Origin: Octopus bimaculoides
Taxonomy: Eukaryota
Assembly: GCF_001194135.2 (NCBI RefSeq)
Contig: NC_068992.1
Span: 55,986,027-56,050,026, forward strand
Length of the DNA stretch: 64,000 nucleotides
Direction: 5' to 3'
Position 1 is the first letter of the stretch, and each line of letters begins with the position of its first letter. The notes beneath the pieces are model-generated. The model was not told the origin of the DNA, did not search any database, and saw only the letters and a list, made by a program, of their open reading frames with translations. Of the stretch, positions 63,317 through 64,000 are shown in pieces. A program made the translations under genes and the position numbers.

Positions 63317-64000
63317 CACATACACACAGACACACACACACATACCACCACCACCACCACCAACACACGAATACATATTGGCACGTGGCTTAGTGGTTAT
63401 GATATTCGGCTCACGAACGTAAGGTCGCGAGTTCGATTCTCAGTGTCCTTGAGCAAGACTCTTTATTTCACGTTGCTCCAGTTCATTCACCTGGCAAAAA
63501 AAAAAATGATTTGTCCCTGTATTTTAAGGGGCCAGTCTTGTCACATTCTGTGTCACGTTGAATCACCCTGAGAACTACGTTAAAGGTACACAAGTCTGTG
63601 GAGTGCCCAGCCACTTGCACAAGTACCCTGTTCTGTTGATCGGATCAGTTGGAACTCACGTCGTCATAAGCAACGGATTATCAGCATATATATATATATA
63701 TATATATATTATTTTGCTTAAAAGAGTTCCAACACTGTCTGTTTTTTATGTTTTATTTATATTCCTGCAGAACTAATGTGGGGTATAGAATATGGAATAT
63801 ACAAAATATAATATAATATACAATATACAATATAAAATAAAATAAAAATGGATGGCACCATGAAAGAAAGTATTGAATGTAGATGAAATATTGAGTGTTC
63901 AATATAAAGGATCAAATATATAAATATATAAATATATAGTTATCGCCAAGCCAACATAGCAGTCCCAAAATTAGGACGAAAGCTGCCGTGAATTAGCTCC

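Overview
AT-rich, microsatellite- and SINE-dense animal genomic DNA; the repeat landscape suggests an octopus or other coleoid cephalopod (inference). Two intron-containing protein-coding genes lie in tandem on the minus strand and could be assembled by hand with GT-AG sites and consistent phases. Spermidine synthase (SRM) has 8 coding exons at 18332..4305 (867 nt, 288 aa). DCAF12 has 8 coding exons at 49855..27732 (1236 nt, 411 aa) and needs at least one more upstream exon. The remainder is tRNA-derived SINEs, LINE and mariner fragments, TTAA/piggyBac-, hAT- and Tc1/pogo-type MITEs, tandem repeats, a decayed 28S rDNA fragment and two assembly gaps. The most notable signal is five type I hammerhead-ribozyme-like motifs (4.6, 19.2, 43.3, 47.8, 62.5 kb). 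Four sit inside the loop of a long inverted repeat, and one has a 14-bp target-site-like duplication. This resembles small non-autonomous, Penelope-like (PLE)/retrozyme-like fold-back elements. None has a fully canonical core, so cleavage activity is untested. Most ORFs in the supplied track are microsatellite or repeat artefacts. Repeat boundaries are approximate and were read by eye.
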